Of a stretch of DNA of 64,000 nucleotides, positions 47,773 to 61,724 are shown one piece after another. Origin of the DNA: Macrostomum hystrix. Lineage: Eukaryota > Animalia > Platyhelminthes. The notes under the pieces are model-generated. The model was not told the origin of the DNA and made no database searches. It worked only from the letters and a program-made list of their open reading frames with translations. Where the stretch lies: positions 1,302,001 through 1,366,000 of the forward strand of contig CATNEN010000034.1 in the NCBI GenBank assembly GCA_950097015.1, read 5' to 3'. Every line of letters begins with the position of its first letter. Within the stretch, counting starts at the first letter, position 1. The position numbers and the translations under genes are program-made.

Positions 47773-49134
47773 AAGTCTAGTATCTTCCAAGAGAGATTTG
47801 CTCATAGATTTTGCTCCTCAGCCCAATCAGGCCCTCATGTAGTTTACCTCAGCATCCATCGCTAATAGTTTTATGAGCAATAAAAATCCAAGATACGAGC
47901 TCGTATTTTGTTAATTTTCCAAATCCATTCGAAGCGAAATGTCAAGAAAAGTCGTAAATTAATTTATTTCAGAGATTTGTTCGACTGAAACTAGTTATAA
48001 AACACGGCTATAGCAGAAGCAGTCCTGAGAGGGTGGAGTCGACAGGAGTGACAGGGTTGGTGGCAGGTCTGGTCGCATCTTCGGCTACGCATCCAGCTCG
48101 CTCATCTGATAAACAATAAAACTGACCCTGAAGATCTGTCACCTGCTGCTGTCTTGTGGCATCAACTGCTACCCATTCTATAATATTGAAATGGACGATG
48201 AATTGCGCCCAGAGGTGTGAAGGGATAATAAATTGATGTTTCAATTTTTGCTGGCCCATTTCGATATTAGAACTAATGTTTGTCTTTGGTTTTACTGGCA
48301 AACGCCTCTGCTGCAGTGCCTTTGTATATTTACGATCTAATATACAACAGAGATGGTGCAATTAACTCAGTTTAATATTCTTCGAATTGAAAATCTGCTT
48401 CTCATTGACTTTCTAAAAACTTGTTTGGTATGCTTAGGCGATGAAAAAAACAATTAAAACAGTTGCTATGCCATCCCTCTGGCCTTGAAGAGTGCTAATT
48501 TAAATTTTAGTCTGGGATAATTTAAGTGAGCAAGCAGAGCTGACCTCACTCAATTGAGCTTCAGTTTGATCAGGGCGGTTCTGGCCCATAGACAAGTTTA
48601 ATTTCATTGCCCGCAACTCGAACAACTCCGCCTATTTTTAATTATCATCAACTGAGACAGCGAAGATACTTTGAGCATGGGAGACTAGAAATCTAATACT
48701 GCAGCTCGAGGGAGACCGTTGTCTCTGCCTCGGATACAACACTATGGAATTGTTGCAGCTAAAGAACCGCTTTAAATATTAATTTTCATTTCTATAGATA
48801 GACGCGACCTTTCACTCCGTGTTTGAAAGCATTGCATAAGGGCAGCTATCCTCCCCTCTGAGAATTTGATCATCAACGATTCCTATATGAGGCTGAACGG
48901 AGTTTTGACAAGTTCCCGCCCTCTGAGCGATACGCACAATAAATCATAATAGACTCCGCTATGTAATTTCATTACCAGCTTTGCCGCTTTCATCAGCAAC
49001 TTGTGTGTAATTACTAACCTAGTCTGTAAGAATATATTAATACATTATAACTACCAGTTAAACATAGGCGTTTGTAAATTTGAGGAGTTCACGTTCTGCA
49101 TTACTCCCGGCTTTGTCGGACAGTACGGGATAAA

Positions 49135-50187
49135 TATCCCATCTGTGCAACAATTTCACTCAGATTAAGAATATCCCCTCAGTTCAGAAAAATCCCCTCA
49201 GTTTAGAAATATGCCCTCTGATTGTGATTATCCCCTCAGATAGAAAGTATCCCCTCAGTTTAGAGGTATCCCCTCAGTTTAGAAATATCCCCTCAGTTTA
49301 GAAGTATCCCCTCAGTTTAGAAATATCCCCTCAGTTTAGAAATATCCCCTCAGTTTAGAAGTATCCCCTCAGTATAGAAATATCTCCTCAGTTTTGAAGT
49401 ATCCCCTCAGTTTAGAAATATCTCCTCAGTTTAGAAATATCCCCTCAGTTTAGAAGTATCCCCTCAGTTTAGAAATATCCCCTCAGTTTAGAAATATCCC
49501 CTCAGTTTAGAAATATCCCCTCAGTTTAGAAATATCCCCTCAGTTTTGAAGTATCCCCTCAGTTTTGAAGTATCCCCTCAGTTTAGAAGTATCCCCTCAG
49601 TTTAGAAATATCCCCTCAGTTTTGAAAAGTGCCCTCAGATTAGAAATATCCCCTCGGTTAAGAAGTACCCCCTCAGTTTAGAAATATCCCCTCAGTTTTG
49701 AAGCATCCCCTCAGTTTAGAAGCATGCCCTCAGATTGAGAATATCCCTCAGATTGGGAATATCCCTCAGATTGGTAATATCCCTCAGATTGGGAATATCC
49801 CTCAGATTGGGAATATCCCTCAGATTGGGAATATCCCTCAGATTGGGAATATCCCTCAGATTGGGAATATCCCTCAGATTGGGAATATCCCTCAGATTGG
49901 GAATATCCCTCAGATTGGGAATATCCCTCAGATTGGGAATATCCCTCAGATTGAGAATATCCCTCAGATTGGGAATATCCCTCAGATTGGGAATATCCCT
50001 CAGATTGAGAATATCCCTCAGATTGGGAATATCCCTCAGATTGGGAATATCCCTCAGATTGGGAATATCCCTCAGATTGGGAATATCCCTCAGATTGGGA
50101 ATATCCCTCAGATTGGGAATATCCCTCAGATTGGGAATATCCCTCAGATTGGGAATATCCCTCAGATTGGGAATATCCCTCAGATTT
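49135..50187. repeat. Compound minisatellite: 19-bp AATATCCCCTCAGTTTAGA (to about 49735), then 18-bp ATATCCCTCAGATTGGGA
   Basis: Directly visible; produces the spurious IPQIGN ORF. Confidence 0.94.
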
Positions 50188-50495
50188 TCAGAATCACCTC
50201 AGCATATCAATATGCTGATATGCTGTAAAAATATCCAGTGTAAAAAAACAAGAACGATTTTAATTTTAAGAGAAAATTTCTTTCTTTTATTAGTATTATC
50301 GATAATATTATAATATTTTACAATTCATCTTTAGCAGCCGATTATTCACAGATTATTTTTAAGAAATACGACAAGCAAGCAAAAAGAATATAAAAAATCA
50401 GTGAAGGTGCGAAAGACAGTAAAACAAATATTTACAGAGAAGCAGGAAATTTCCGACTCGTGCCTCTTTTTTCCCAAGAAAATAAACTCGGCCGA

Positions 50496-51801
50496 TCAGC
50501 AGGCCGGCTGCCGGTGCCCACCGAATCTCAGCGGACTGGTGGCGGCCGCAGCCAGCAGTTGCAGCTTGCTGGCTGCAGACAGGGGTGACCAGAGGCGGCG
50601 CAGGCTGCGCTCCGGTGTCGGCCGCTGCTTGCCGACGATTCCAGACTGCCTCAGGGCGCGCAGGCTGTCCCGAGGCGACCGACGTGTCCGACGGTGCCGG
50701 CACAGAAGAGACGACGAAGAAGACGGCGGCGGCGCCGGCAGCTGAGGCGGTGGAGTCGGTGGAGCGGCCGGCGGGACGACCGACGGCCGCGGCGGGGTGG
50801 CGACTCGCGAAGGCAGCGGAGTCGCCGACCTGGCGAAACGGAGCGACTTCAGCGACTTCAACGTCGGGTGGCCCGCTTGCGGCAGCGGCTTCTTGCGGCT
50901 TCCAATCAGTGGCGTCCGAGCTGGATCGAAGCGGGCGAAACTCTCGGTGGAGTCGACTGGATCCGGAGCTGCTGGAGCTGCCGATGTGGCCGAAGTTCCC
51001 AGCGGGCTGCGGCTGCGCGACCTGCTGGCCAGTCGGGAGACGGCTCGACCGAAGGCGGCGCGCAGGGCGCTGCCCAGCGAGGCGGCCCGCTGCATGCTGC
51101 GCTGCTTCTGCTGCTGCTGCTGCTGCTGCTCTTCCGCTTCCTCTACTGCTTCAATCTGGACTTTGGCGACCTCTTCACCGGAGTCGCCTTCGCTGCAGCC
51201 GGTGTCAACAACTTCGGCGACGCCGACACAGTCGGCAAACTCAACCAGCAGGGCTGTCAGGCGAGCTGCCTGCGCCGCCTCGACGGGCGTAGCGGCTCCT
51301 CCGGTGAGGCTGGGGCCGAGGCAAACGGCCAAGTTTGCGGGGCCCATCCTGTTGACTTCGGCTGCCGCCGCCACCTTGGCCAAGAAGCAGCTCAGCAGGC
51401 GCAGGGCGTGCAGCTGCCGCAGCGGCAGCAGGAGGCTGGCCAGCCGCAAAGCTCTCACCTGGCGCTGGAGGCTGCCACCGTTGGCGGGCTCCAGCAGGAC
51501 TGTGCGTCCAAGCCAAGCGGGCACCAGCGGCTCCGGGAGCTCCCGCAGCCAGGCCTTCAGCGCGGCGCTGACATCGTGCGCGGGCGCGCCTTCGCGAATG
51601 CCGCAGCCGCGGTCAAGCCGCAGCCGGAGGTCGCGCTGGCGCAGTCGGCTGCCTTCGAGGCGGAACAGGCCCTCGCTGCGGTGCCGGTCTTCGGCTGTCA
51701 GGTAGCGACAGCAGGCAGCCAGCACGGCCGGAACCTGGCCGATGCCCTCAGCCATTGACGACGGCTGGTCTTCAAGAGCGCGACCGAAGCACCGCCCGAT
51801 C

Positions 51802-51839
<38 letters not shown>

Positions 51840-52004
51840 ATCTCTACAGCTTGTTCGCCAGTCAAATCTCAGACCAAATTGTCGTCTTAACTCGCGCTCT
51901 GCCGCGGCTGTGGCTCGCCGCCTTGACTCTGGGGAAAGCAGGCCGATGTACACTCCAGGGACAGCAGCTGCCTCTGGTCTGGGCTCTGCGATGTGTTCTT
52001 GCAT
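50496..52004 (-). CDS. RhoGAP domain protein (ARHGAP11-like), single coding exon, about 502 aa, with poly-Gln tracts and a Pro/Ser/Arg-rich tail
   Basis: FGRAL...VPAVLAACCRYL...EGLFRLEG (arginine finger intact), DVSAALKAWLRELPEPL, FLAKVA...NRMGPANLAVCLGPSL. The first ATG is at 52004 (the track starts at TTG 52037); an upstream exon cannot be excluded. Confidence 0.88.
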
Positions 52005-52429
52005 TCTGGGATCAGGCGCTGGTATCAGAGTACACAATTCGGGAGATTAGAGTGAAAGTAAGAAGTCCCGGATCCACTATTTATATATATATCACGGCAT
52101 TCCATTGCTAGGTTGTGTTGCGTCGTGGGGGGAAGTACTAGAGCCGATTCTCATTGGCTGGCGAGTGCGGGCCAATAGCAGTTGACCTGAATGGGGGGTA
52201 ATTTTATCAATGCCGAGTCTGTCATTTCCTCTGTCCAAATTAGCGAATTAGCACCTCCACTCCAATGACGCATCGCGAGCACTGACCTCTCTGATGCTTT
52301 CAATTTAAGAATTGCTTTACAAAATCTGCATGCGACAGTCGTCCTCCTCTCATATATCGAAACATTTTCAAGAATCCTTTCATATGAGCAATTCTATTCA
52401 TACCCATCTCCTGTCTCTCTTATTGCCAC

Positions 52430-55400
52430 TTCTCCACTTCAATCTCTCCCTTTCTCCACCTCAATCTCTCCCTTTCTCCACCACAATCTCTCTCCCTTTC
52501 TCCACCACAATCTCTCTCCCTTTCTCCACCACAATCTCTCTCCCTTTCTCCACCACAATCTCTCTCCCTTTCTCCACCACAATGTCTCCCTTTATCCACC
52601 ACAATCTCTCTCCCTTTCTCCACCACAATCTCTCCCTTTCTCCACCACAATCTCTCTCCCTTTCTCCACCACAATGTCTCCCTTTCTCCACCACAATCTC
52701 TCTCCCTTTCTCCACCACAATGTCTCCCTTTATCCACCACAATCTCTCTCCCTTTCTCCACCACAATCTCTCCCTTTCTCCACCACAATCTCTCTCCCTT
52801 TCTCCACCACAATGTCTCCCTTTCTCCACCACAATGTCTCCCTTTATCCACCACAATCTCTCTCCCTTTCTCCACCACAATCTCTCCCTTTCTCCACCAC
52901 AATCTCTCTCCCTTTCTCCACCACAATCTCTCTCCCTTTCTCCACCACAATCTCTCTCCCTTTCTCCACCACAATGTCTCCCTTTATCCACCACAATCTC
53001 TCTCCCTTTCTCCACCACAATCTCTCCCTTTCTCCACCACAATCTCTCTCCCTTTCTCCACCACAATGTCTCCCTTTCTCCACCACAATGTCTCCCTTTA
53101 TCCACCACAATCTCTCTCCCTTTCTCCACCACAATCTCTCCCTTTCTCCACCACAATCTCTCTCCCTTTCTCCACCACAATGTCTCCCTTTATCCACCAC
53201 AATCTCTCTCCCTTTCTCCACCACAATCTCTCCCTTTCTCCACCACAATGTCTCCCTTTCTCCACCACAATGTCTCCCTTTATCCACCACAATGTCTCCC
53301 TTTCTCCACCACAATCTCTCTCCCTTTCTCCACCACAATCTCTCTCCCTTTCTCCACCACAATCTCTCTCCCTTTCTCCACCACAATGTCTCTCCCTTTC
53401 TCCACCACAATCTCTCCCTTTCTCCACCACAATGTCTCCCTTTCTCCACCACAATCTCTCTCCCTTTCTCCACCACAATCTCTCTCCCTTTCTCCACCAC
53501 AATCTCTCCCTTTCTCCACCACAATGTCTCCCTTTCTCCACCACAATCTCTCTCCCTTTCTCCACCACAATCTCTCTCCCTTTCTCCACCACAATCTCTC
53601 TCCCTTTCTCCACCACAATCTCTCTCCCTTTCTCCACCACAATCTCTCTCCCTTTATCCACCACAATCTCTCCCTTTCTCCACCACAATCTCTCCCTTTC
53701 TCCACCACAATCTCTCTCCCTTTCTCCACCACAATCTCTCTCCCTTTATCCACCACAATCTCTCCCTTTCTCCACCACAATCTCTCCCTTTCTCCACCAC
53801 AATCTCTCTCCCTTTCTCCACCACAATCTCTCCCTTTCTCCACCACAATCTCTCCCTTTCTCCACCACAATCTCTCTCCCTTTCTCCACCACAATCTCTC
53901 CCTTTCTCCACCACAATCTCTCCCTTTCTCCACCACAATCTCTCCCTTTCTCCACCACAATCTCTCCCTTTCTATACGACAATCTCTCTCCCTTTCTCCA
54001 CCACAATCTCTCTCCCTTTCTCCACCACAATGTCTCCCCCTTTCTCCACCACAATAAATAAATGTCTCCCTTTCTCCACCACAATCTCTCTCCCTTTCTC
54101 CACCACAATGTCTCCCTTTCTCCACCACAATCTCTCCCTTTCTCCACCACAATCTCTCCCTTTCTATACGACAATCTCTCTCCCTTTATCCACCACAATC
54201 TCTCCCTTTCTCCACCACAATCTCTCTCCCTTTCTCCACCACAATCTCTCCCTTTCTCCACCACAATCTCTCCCTTTCTCCACCACAATCTCTCCCTTTC
54301 TCCACCACAATCTCTCCCTTTCTATACGACAATCTCTCTCCCTTTCTCCACCACAATCTCTCTCCCTTTCTCCACCACAATCTCTCTCCCTTTCTCCACC
54401 ACAATCTCTCCCTTTCTCCACCACAATCTCTCCCTTTCTCCACCACAATCTCTCTCCCTTTCTCCACCACAATCTCTCCCTTTCTCCACCACAATCTCTC
54501 CCTTTCTCCACCACAATCTCTCCCTTTCTCCACCACAATCTCTCCCTTTCTATACGACAATCTCTCTCCCTTTCTCCACCACAATCTCTCTCCCTTTCTC
54601 CACCACAATGTCTCCCCCTTTCTCCACCACAATAAATAAATGTCTCCCTTTCTCCACCACAATCTCTCTCCCTTTCTCCACCACAATGTCTCCCTTTCTC
54701 CACCACAATCTCTCCCTTTCTCCACCACAATCTCTCCCTTTCTATACGACAATCTCTCTCCCTTTATCCACCACAATCTCTCCCTTTCTCCACCACAATC
54801 TCTCTCCCTTTCTCCACCACAATCTCTCCCTTTCTCCACCACAATCTCTCCCTTTCTCCACCACAATCTCTCCCTTTCTCCACCACAATCTCTCCCTTTC
54901 TATACGACAATCTCTCTCCCTTTCTCCACCACAATCTCTCTCCCTTTCTCCACCACAATGTCTCCCTTTATCCACCACAATCTCTCTCCCTTTCTCCACC
55001 ACAATCTCTCTCCCTTTCTCCACCACAATCTCTCCCCCTTTCTCCACCACAATAAATAAATGTCTCCCTTTCTCCACCACAATCTCTCTCCCTTTCTCCA
55101 CCACAATAAATAAATGTCTCCCTTTCTCCACCACAATGTCTCCCTTTATCCACCACAATCTCTCTCCCTTTCTCCACCACAATCTCTCTCCCTTTCTCCA
55201 CCACAATCTCTCTCCCTTTCTCCACCACAATCTCTCTCCCTTTCTCCACCACAATGTCTCCCTTTATCCACCACAATCTCTCTCCCTTTCTCCACCACAA
55301 TCTCTCCCTTTCTCCACCACAATCTCTCTCCCTTTCTCCACCACAATGTCTCCCTTTCTCCACCACAATCTCTCTCCCTTTCTCCACCACAATGTCTCCC

Positions 55401-58400
55401 TTTATCCACCACAATCTCTCTCCCTTTCTCCACCACAATCTCTCCCTTTCTCCACCACAATCTCTCTCCCTTTCTCCACCACAATGTCTCCCTTTCTCCA
55501 CCACAATGTCTCCCTTTATCCACCACAATCTCTCTCCCTTTCTCCACCACAATCTCTCCCTTTCTCCACCACAATCTCTCTCCCTTTCTCCACCACAATC
55601 TCTCTCCCTTTCTCCACCACAATCTCTCTCCCTTTCTCCACCACAATGTCTCCCTTTATCCACCACAATCTCTCTCCCTTTCTCCACCACAATCTCTCCC
55701 TTTCTCCACCACAATCTCTCTCCCTTTCTCCACCACAATGTCTCCCTTTCTCCACCACAATGTCTCCCTTTATCCACCACAATCTCTCTCCCTTTCTCCA
55801 CCACAATCTCTCCCTTTCTCCACCACAATCTCTCTCCCTTTCTCCACCACAATGTCTCCCTTTATCCACCACAATCTCTCTCCCTTTCTCCACCACAATC
55901 TCTCCCTTTCTCCACCACAATGTCTCCCTTTCTCCACCACAATGTCTCCCTTTATCCACCACAATGTCTCCCTTTCTCCACCACAATCTCTCTCCCTTTC
56001 TCCACCACAATCTCTCTCCCTTTCTCCACCACAATCTCTCTCCCTTTCTCCACCACAATGTCTCTCCCTTTCTCCACCACAATCTCTCCCTTTCTCCACC
56101 ACAATGTCTCCCTTTCTCCACCACAATCTCTCTCCCTTTCTCCACCACAATCTCTCTCCCTTTCTCCACCACAATCTCTCCCTTTCTCCACCACAATGTC
56201 TCCCTTTCTCCACCACAATCTCTCTCCCTTTCTCCACCACAATCTCTCTCCCTTTCTCCACCACAATCTCTCTCCCTTTCTCCACCACAATCTCTCTCCC
56301 TTTCTCCACCACAATCTCTCTCCCTTTATCCACCACAATCTCTCCCTTTCTCCACCACAATCTCTCCCTTTCTCCACCACAATCTCTCTCCCTTTCTCCA
56401 CCACAATCTCTCTCCCTTTATCCACCACAATCTCTCCCTTTCTCCACCACAATCTCTCCCTTTCTCCACCACAATCTCTCTCCCTTTCTCCACCACAATC
56501 TCTCCCTTTCTCCACCACAATCTCTCCCTTTCTCCACCACAATCTCTCTCCCTTTCTCCACCACAATCTCTCCCTTTCTCCACCACAATCTCTCCCTTTC
56601 TCCACCACAATCTCTCCCTTTCTCCACCACAATCTCTCCCTTTCTATACGACAATCTCTCTCCCTTTCTCCACCACAATCTCTCTCCCTTTCTCCACCAC
56701 AATGTCTCCCCCTTTCTCCACCACAATAAATAAATGTCTCCCTTTCTCCACCACAATCTCTCTCCCTTTCTCCACCACAATGTCTCCCTTTCTCCACCAC
56801 AATCTCTCCCTTTCTCCACCACAATCTCTCCCTTTCTATACGACAATCTCTCTCCCTTTATCCACCACAATCTCTCCCTTTCTCCACCACAATCTCTCTC
56901 CCTTTCTCCACCACAATCTCTCCCTTTCTCCACCACAATCTCTCCCTTTCTCCACCACAATCTCTCCCTTTCTCCACCACAATCTCTCCCTTTCTATACG
57001 ACAATCTCTCTCCCTTTCTCCACCACAATCTCTCTCCCTTTCTCCACCACAATCTCTCTCCCTTTCTCCACCACAATCTCTCCCTTTCTCCACCACAATC
57101 TCTCCCTTTCTCCACCACAATCTCTCTCCCTTTCTCCACCACAATCTCTCCCTTTCTCCACCACAATCTCTCCCTTTCTCCACCACAATCTCTCCCTTTC
57201 TCCACCACAATCTCTCCCTTTCTATACGACAATCTCTCTCCCTTTCTCCACCACAATCTCTCTCCCTTTCTCCACCACAATGTCTCCCCCTTTCTCCACC
57301 ACAATAAATAAATGTCTCCCTTTCTCCACCACAATCTCTCTCCCTTTCTCCACCACAATGTCTCCCTTTCTCCACCACAATCTCTCCCTTTCTCCACCAC
57401 AATCTCTCCCTTTCTATACGACAATCTCTCTCCCTTTATCCACCACAATCTCTCCCTTTCTCCACCACAATCTCTCTCCCTTTCTCCACCACAATCTCTC
57501 CCTTTCTCCACCACAATCTCTCCCTTTCTCCACCACAATCTCTCCCTTTCTCCACCACAATCTCTCCCTTTCTATACGACAATCTCTCTCCCTTTCTCCA
57601 CCACAATCTCTCTCCCTTTCTCCACCACAATGTCTCCCTTTATCCACCACAATCTCTCTCCCTTTCTCCACCACAATCTCTCTCCCTTTCTCCACCACAA
57701 TCTCTCCCCCTTTCTCCACCACAATAAATAAATGTCTCCCTTTCTCCACCACAATCTCTCTCCCTTTCTCCACCACAATAAATAAATGTCTCCCTTTCTC
57801 CACCACAATGTCTCCCTTTATCCACCACAATCTCTCTCCCTTTCTCCACCACAATCTCTCTCCCTTTCTCCACCACAATCTCTCCCTTTCTCCACCACAA
57901 TCTCTCTCCCTTTCTCCACCACAATAAATAAATGTCTCCCTTTCTCCACCACAATCTCTCTCCCTTTCTCCACCACAATGTCTCCCTTTCTCCACCACAA
58001 TCTCTCTCCCTTTCTCCACCACAATGTCTCCCTTTCTCCACCACAATCTCTCTCCCTTTCTCCACCACAATGTCTCCCTTTCTCCACCACAATCTCTCTC
58101 CCTTTCTCCACCACAATCTCTCTCCCTTTCTCCACCACAATGTCTCCCTTTCTCCACCACAATCTCTCTCCCTTTCTCCACCACAATCTCTCTCCCTTTC
58201 TCCACCACAATCTCTCCCTTTCTCCACCACAATCTCTCCCTTTCTCCACCACAATCTCTCTCCCTTTCTCCACCACAATCTCTCTCCCTTTCTCCACCAC
58301 AATCTCTCCCTTTCTCCACCACAATCTCTCCCTTTCTCCACCACAATCTCTCCCTTTCTCCACCACAATCTCTCCCTTTCTATACGACAATCTCTCTCCC

Positions 58401-59528
58401 TTTCTCCACCACAATCTCTCTCCCTTTCTCCACCACAATGTCTCCCTTTATCCACCACAATCTCTCTCCCTTTCTCCACCACAATCTCTCTCCCTTTCTC
58501 CACCACAATCTCTCCCCCTTTCTCCACCACAATAAATAAATGTCTCCCTTTCTCCACCACAATCTCTCTCCCTTTCTCCACCACAATAAATAAATGTCTC
58601 CCTTTCTCCACCACAATGTCTCCCTTTATCCACCACAATCTCTCTCCCTTTCTCCACCACAATCTCTCTCCCTTTCTCCACCACAATCTCTCCCTTTCTC
58701 CACCACAATCTCTCTCCCTTTCTCCACCACAATAAATAAATGTCTCCCTTTCTCCACCACAATCTCTCTCCCTTTCTCCACCACAATGTCTCCCTTTCTC
58801 CACCACAATCTCTCTCCCTTTCTCCACCACAATGTCTCCCTTTCTCCACCACAATCTCTCTCCCTTTCTCCACCACAATGTCTCCCTTTCTCCACCACAA
58901 TCTCTCTCCCTTTCTCCACCACAATCTCTCTCCCTTTCTCCACCACAATGTCTCCCTTTCTCCACCACAATCTCTCTCCCTTTCTCCACCACAATCTCTC
59001 TCCCTTTCTCCACCACAATCTCTCCCTTTCTCCACCACAATCTCTCCCTTTCTCCACCACAATCTCTCTCCCTTTCTCCACCACAATCTCTCCCTTTCTC
59101 CACCACAATCTCTCCCTTTCTCCACCACAATCTCTCTCCCTTTCTCCACCACAATCTCTACCTTTCTCCACCTCTATCTCTCCCTTTCTCCACCTCTATC
59201 TCTCTATCTCTCCCTTTCTCCACCACAATCTCTCCCTTTCTCCACCACAATCTCTCCCTTTCTCCACCACAATCTCTCTCCCTTTCTCCACCTCTATCTC
59301 TCTATCTCTCCCTTTCTCCACCTCTATCTCTCTATCTCTCCCTTTCTCCACCACAATCTCTCCCTTTCTCCACCACAATCTCTCTCCCTTTCTCCACCTC
59401 TATCTCTCTATCTCTCCCTTTCTCCACCTCTATCTCTCTATCTCTCCCTTTCTCCACCACAATCTCTCCCTTTCTCCACCACAATCTCTCCCTTTCTCCA
59501 CCACAATCTCTCTCCCTTTCTCCACCCC
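52430..59528. repeat. 22/24-bp purine/pyrimidine-asymmetric satellite (CAATCTCTCCCTTTCTCCACCA), about 7.1 kb, with higher-order duplications
   Basis: Directly visible. Identical ORF-track entries recur at offsets of 2672, 808 and 578 bp. Confidence 0.97.
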
Positions 59529-60414
59529 TACTATATGTCTGATTCTCTCCCTCTATCACAGATAGCTTCGTCACTATTCAATTCATTGGTGCTCTATAAA
59601 TAATTCCGATTTTGATAGTATCATTTTCTTTAACATCCTGTTTTAATTTTCGACTGAATCAATGACAAGTGGTCATAGTTACCATTTCTTACCACATAAA
59701 TACATAGAAACAAGCAGATTTACAACCCGGAGATTCATGTCTGTTTGGCCAAACAATTGACTCCAATTTTCCCTAACGAATGACAACTAGAGCATTCTCA
59801 TGCGGAATTGTTTTAAAAAATGAAATTTGAAATTTGCCTGTAAACTTTCCCTATTGTGGCAGATAGGAATCGGCATCGCTAGAATCAGAGTTGAATGAAA
59901 TTTTGTCCAGATTGGAATTGTGGAGCGCGGAATTTCAGTTGACATTTTCCGATCAGTGAAGCAGCTCGCGCAGATCTGCTATCTGGACACATTTCAATCG
60001 CAGGGGTCTAATTTTGTTAGAAATGAAATTATGACCAGTGGGCGGGGAGCTCGTGGGATCAAGATGGCATTGATTCCAATTCGATCACTTCTGGCGTAAT
60101 CGCTCCGATTCGAAGGACAGTTAAGGCGACGTTTGTCACTTCCGTCTGTATCGTCCGCTCATCATCAAAGCCACGTTCCAGACTCCCCGGGTTCATTGAA
60201 GCTTGACTTGGCTTCGGCCGTTGAATTGAACTTTGCGCATTGTTGGACAGCTATGCGACTAGTCGCGCAACATTTGGGTTGGGATTCTACAAGTAATTGC
60301 GCAGATTTATTACTGGCAAATGCCGAAAAAAATTGCTGGCGTTTTGGACCTTATTCAAGACATAGAAATAGGAAAACTGTGTTCTTTTGGTCAAAGATAT
60401 TTATGGATGGATTT

Positions 60415-60449
<35 letters not shown>

Positions 60450-60450
60450 C

Positions 60451-60508
<58 letters not shown>

Positions 60509-60545
60509 CGATAGATAGATCGATAGATCGATAGATGGATAGATT
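60415..60545. repeat. (AGAT)n microsatellite
   Basis: Directly visible. Confidence 0.95.
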
Positions 60546-61724
60546 GGTCGGTGCTAAAAGGAATACTGGAGGTGAAGCTCGTGTGGTGAAAATGGAGTTT
60601 TGCTTTGAATTCGGAGCTAAAAGGAAGCACAGAGGGAGCAGCAATTCACAGGCGCAGCGGGTTGTTGAACCGTATGCTCAATTTGCCCAATTTACCTTAG
60701 GCCTTTCAATTAGTGAAAGCAACAGAGAGGGCGGACCAATTTTCAGGTTTGAGAGTTCTTGCAGAGAGTCTGGCGCGTTTGTTTCTTTAAAATGAACAAA
60801 AAAAGAAATGGACAGCCAAGCTAGCCCTCAAGCAAGGTCTGTTGCTCTGAAAGAGTTAGCGGCCATTGTGGCTGCTATTAGCCTAGGGCGGTTCATTTTC
60901 TAGCGCCCGCCCCCTGGCGATTGAGAGCTGGTGGGTGCTCGGACCTCAGCAGCGCAAGCTAGCGCCAGCCTATTTCTCTGCTATTCGGCTGGAAAATCGA
61001 GTCCACCCTTTACTCAGCTAGTGCACTGTTGTGTTTTTTATTAAATCTAAACAAACAAACAATAGCTTCGCTTGAATGGTGCCTCTGATATGAAGTATAA
61101 CCAAACTAAGGCAGTATTGGCTTTCACTTCCTCTCTCCTAAGTTTATCAGATCCCCATCGAAGAGTTACAGAAATTGTTAAATAAAATGCATAATTTGTA
61201 TAGATAATCCTCAAACTCAAAGCACGAACAGTAACCCTTTATTAATAATTGGATTATCGCCAGTGAGAAGCCTAACACTAAATTATTTAATTAAATAAAA
61301 TGTGCAAACTTTATTTCAGAAAGCAACAGTGCGATAGCGGCTGCTGTTCTGGCCTTTGAAGTCATTAACTCTGTTTGCTTTTGTTGCTAACAAAGGGATT
61401 AAGGTTCGGTAAGGAAGAGGTATTTGTGGCTGTGAAAGCTAAGTCAAATCCGAAAATCATTTCATAATTGCATAATTTAGGCGCCAGTGGAGTTGTTAGG
61501 CTGCCGGAATACTTCAAAGCCTGACTTCAACTGGTGAATTAGGGCGCTGAGGTCTGCCGCGAGATGAAAGAGAGACTGGGCAAGAACTGGGCAGTGGGTT
61601 CATACCCACTGGAATTGGAAAGGTTTCAAGAGGAATTTTTTAAAATTTTCTAACTACCACAACTTTCTAACTAACTTTCTAAATGTTTTAGTACAAAGTA
61701 ATTCTTGTCAGGCAAGGAGAAGAA

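Noticed and set aside
48008-48361. 117-aa minus-strand ORF starting at TTG
   Set aside because: No recognisable domain, no ATG start and no consistent splice partners found.
50585-52111. Long plus-strand ORFs overlapping the RhoGAP, and antisense ORFs over the ABCC exons
   Set aside because: Shadow ORFs caused by GC-rich codon usage on the coding strand.
52312-59603. Dozens of long overlapping ORFs up to 1081 aa
   Set aside because: Artefacts of a G-poor satellite that lacks stop codons in several frames.
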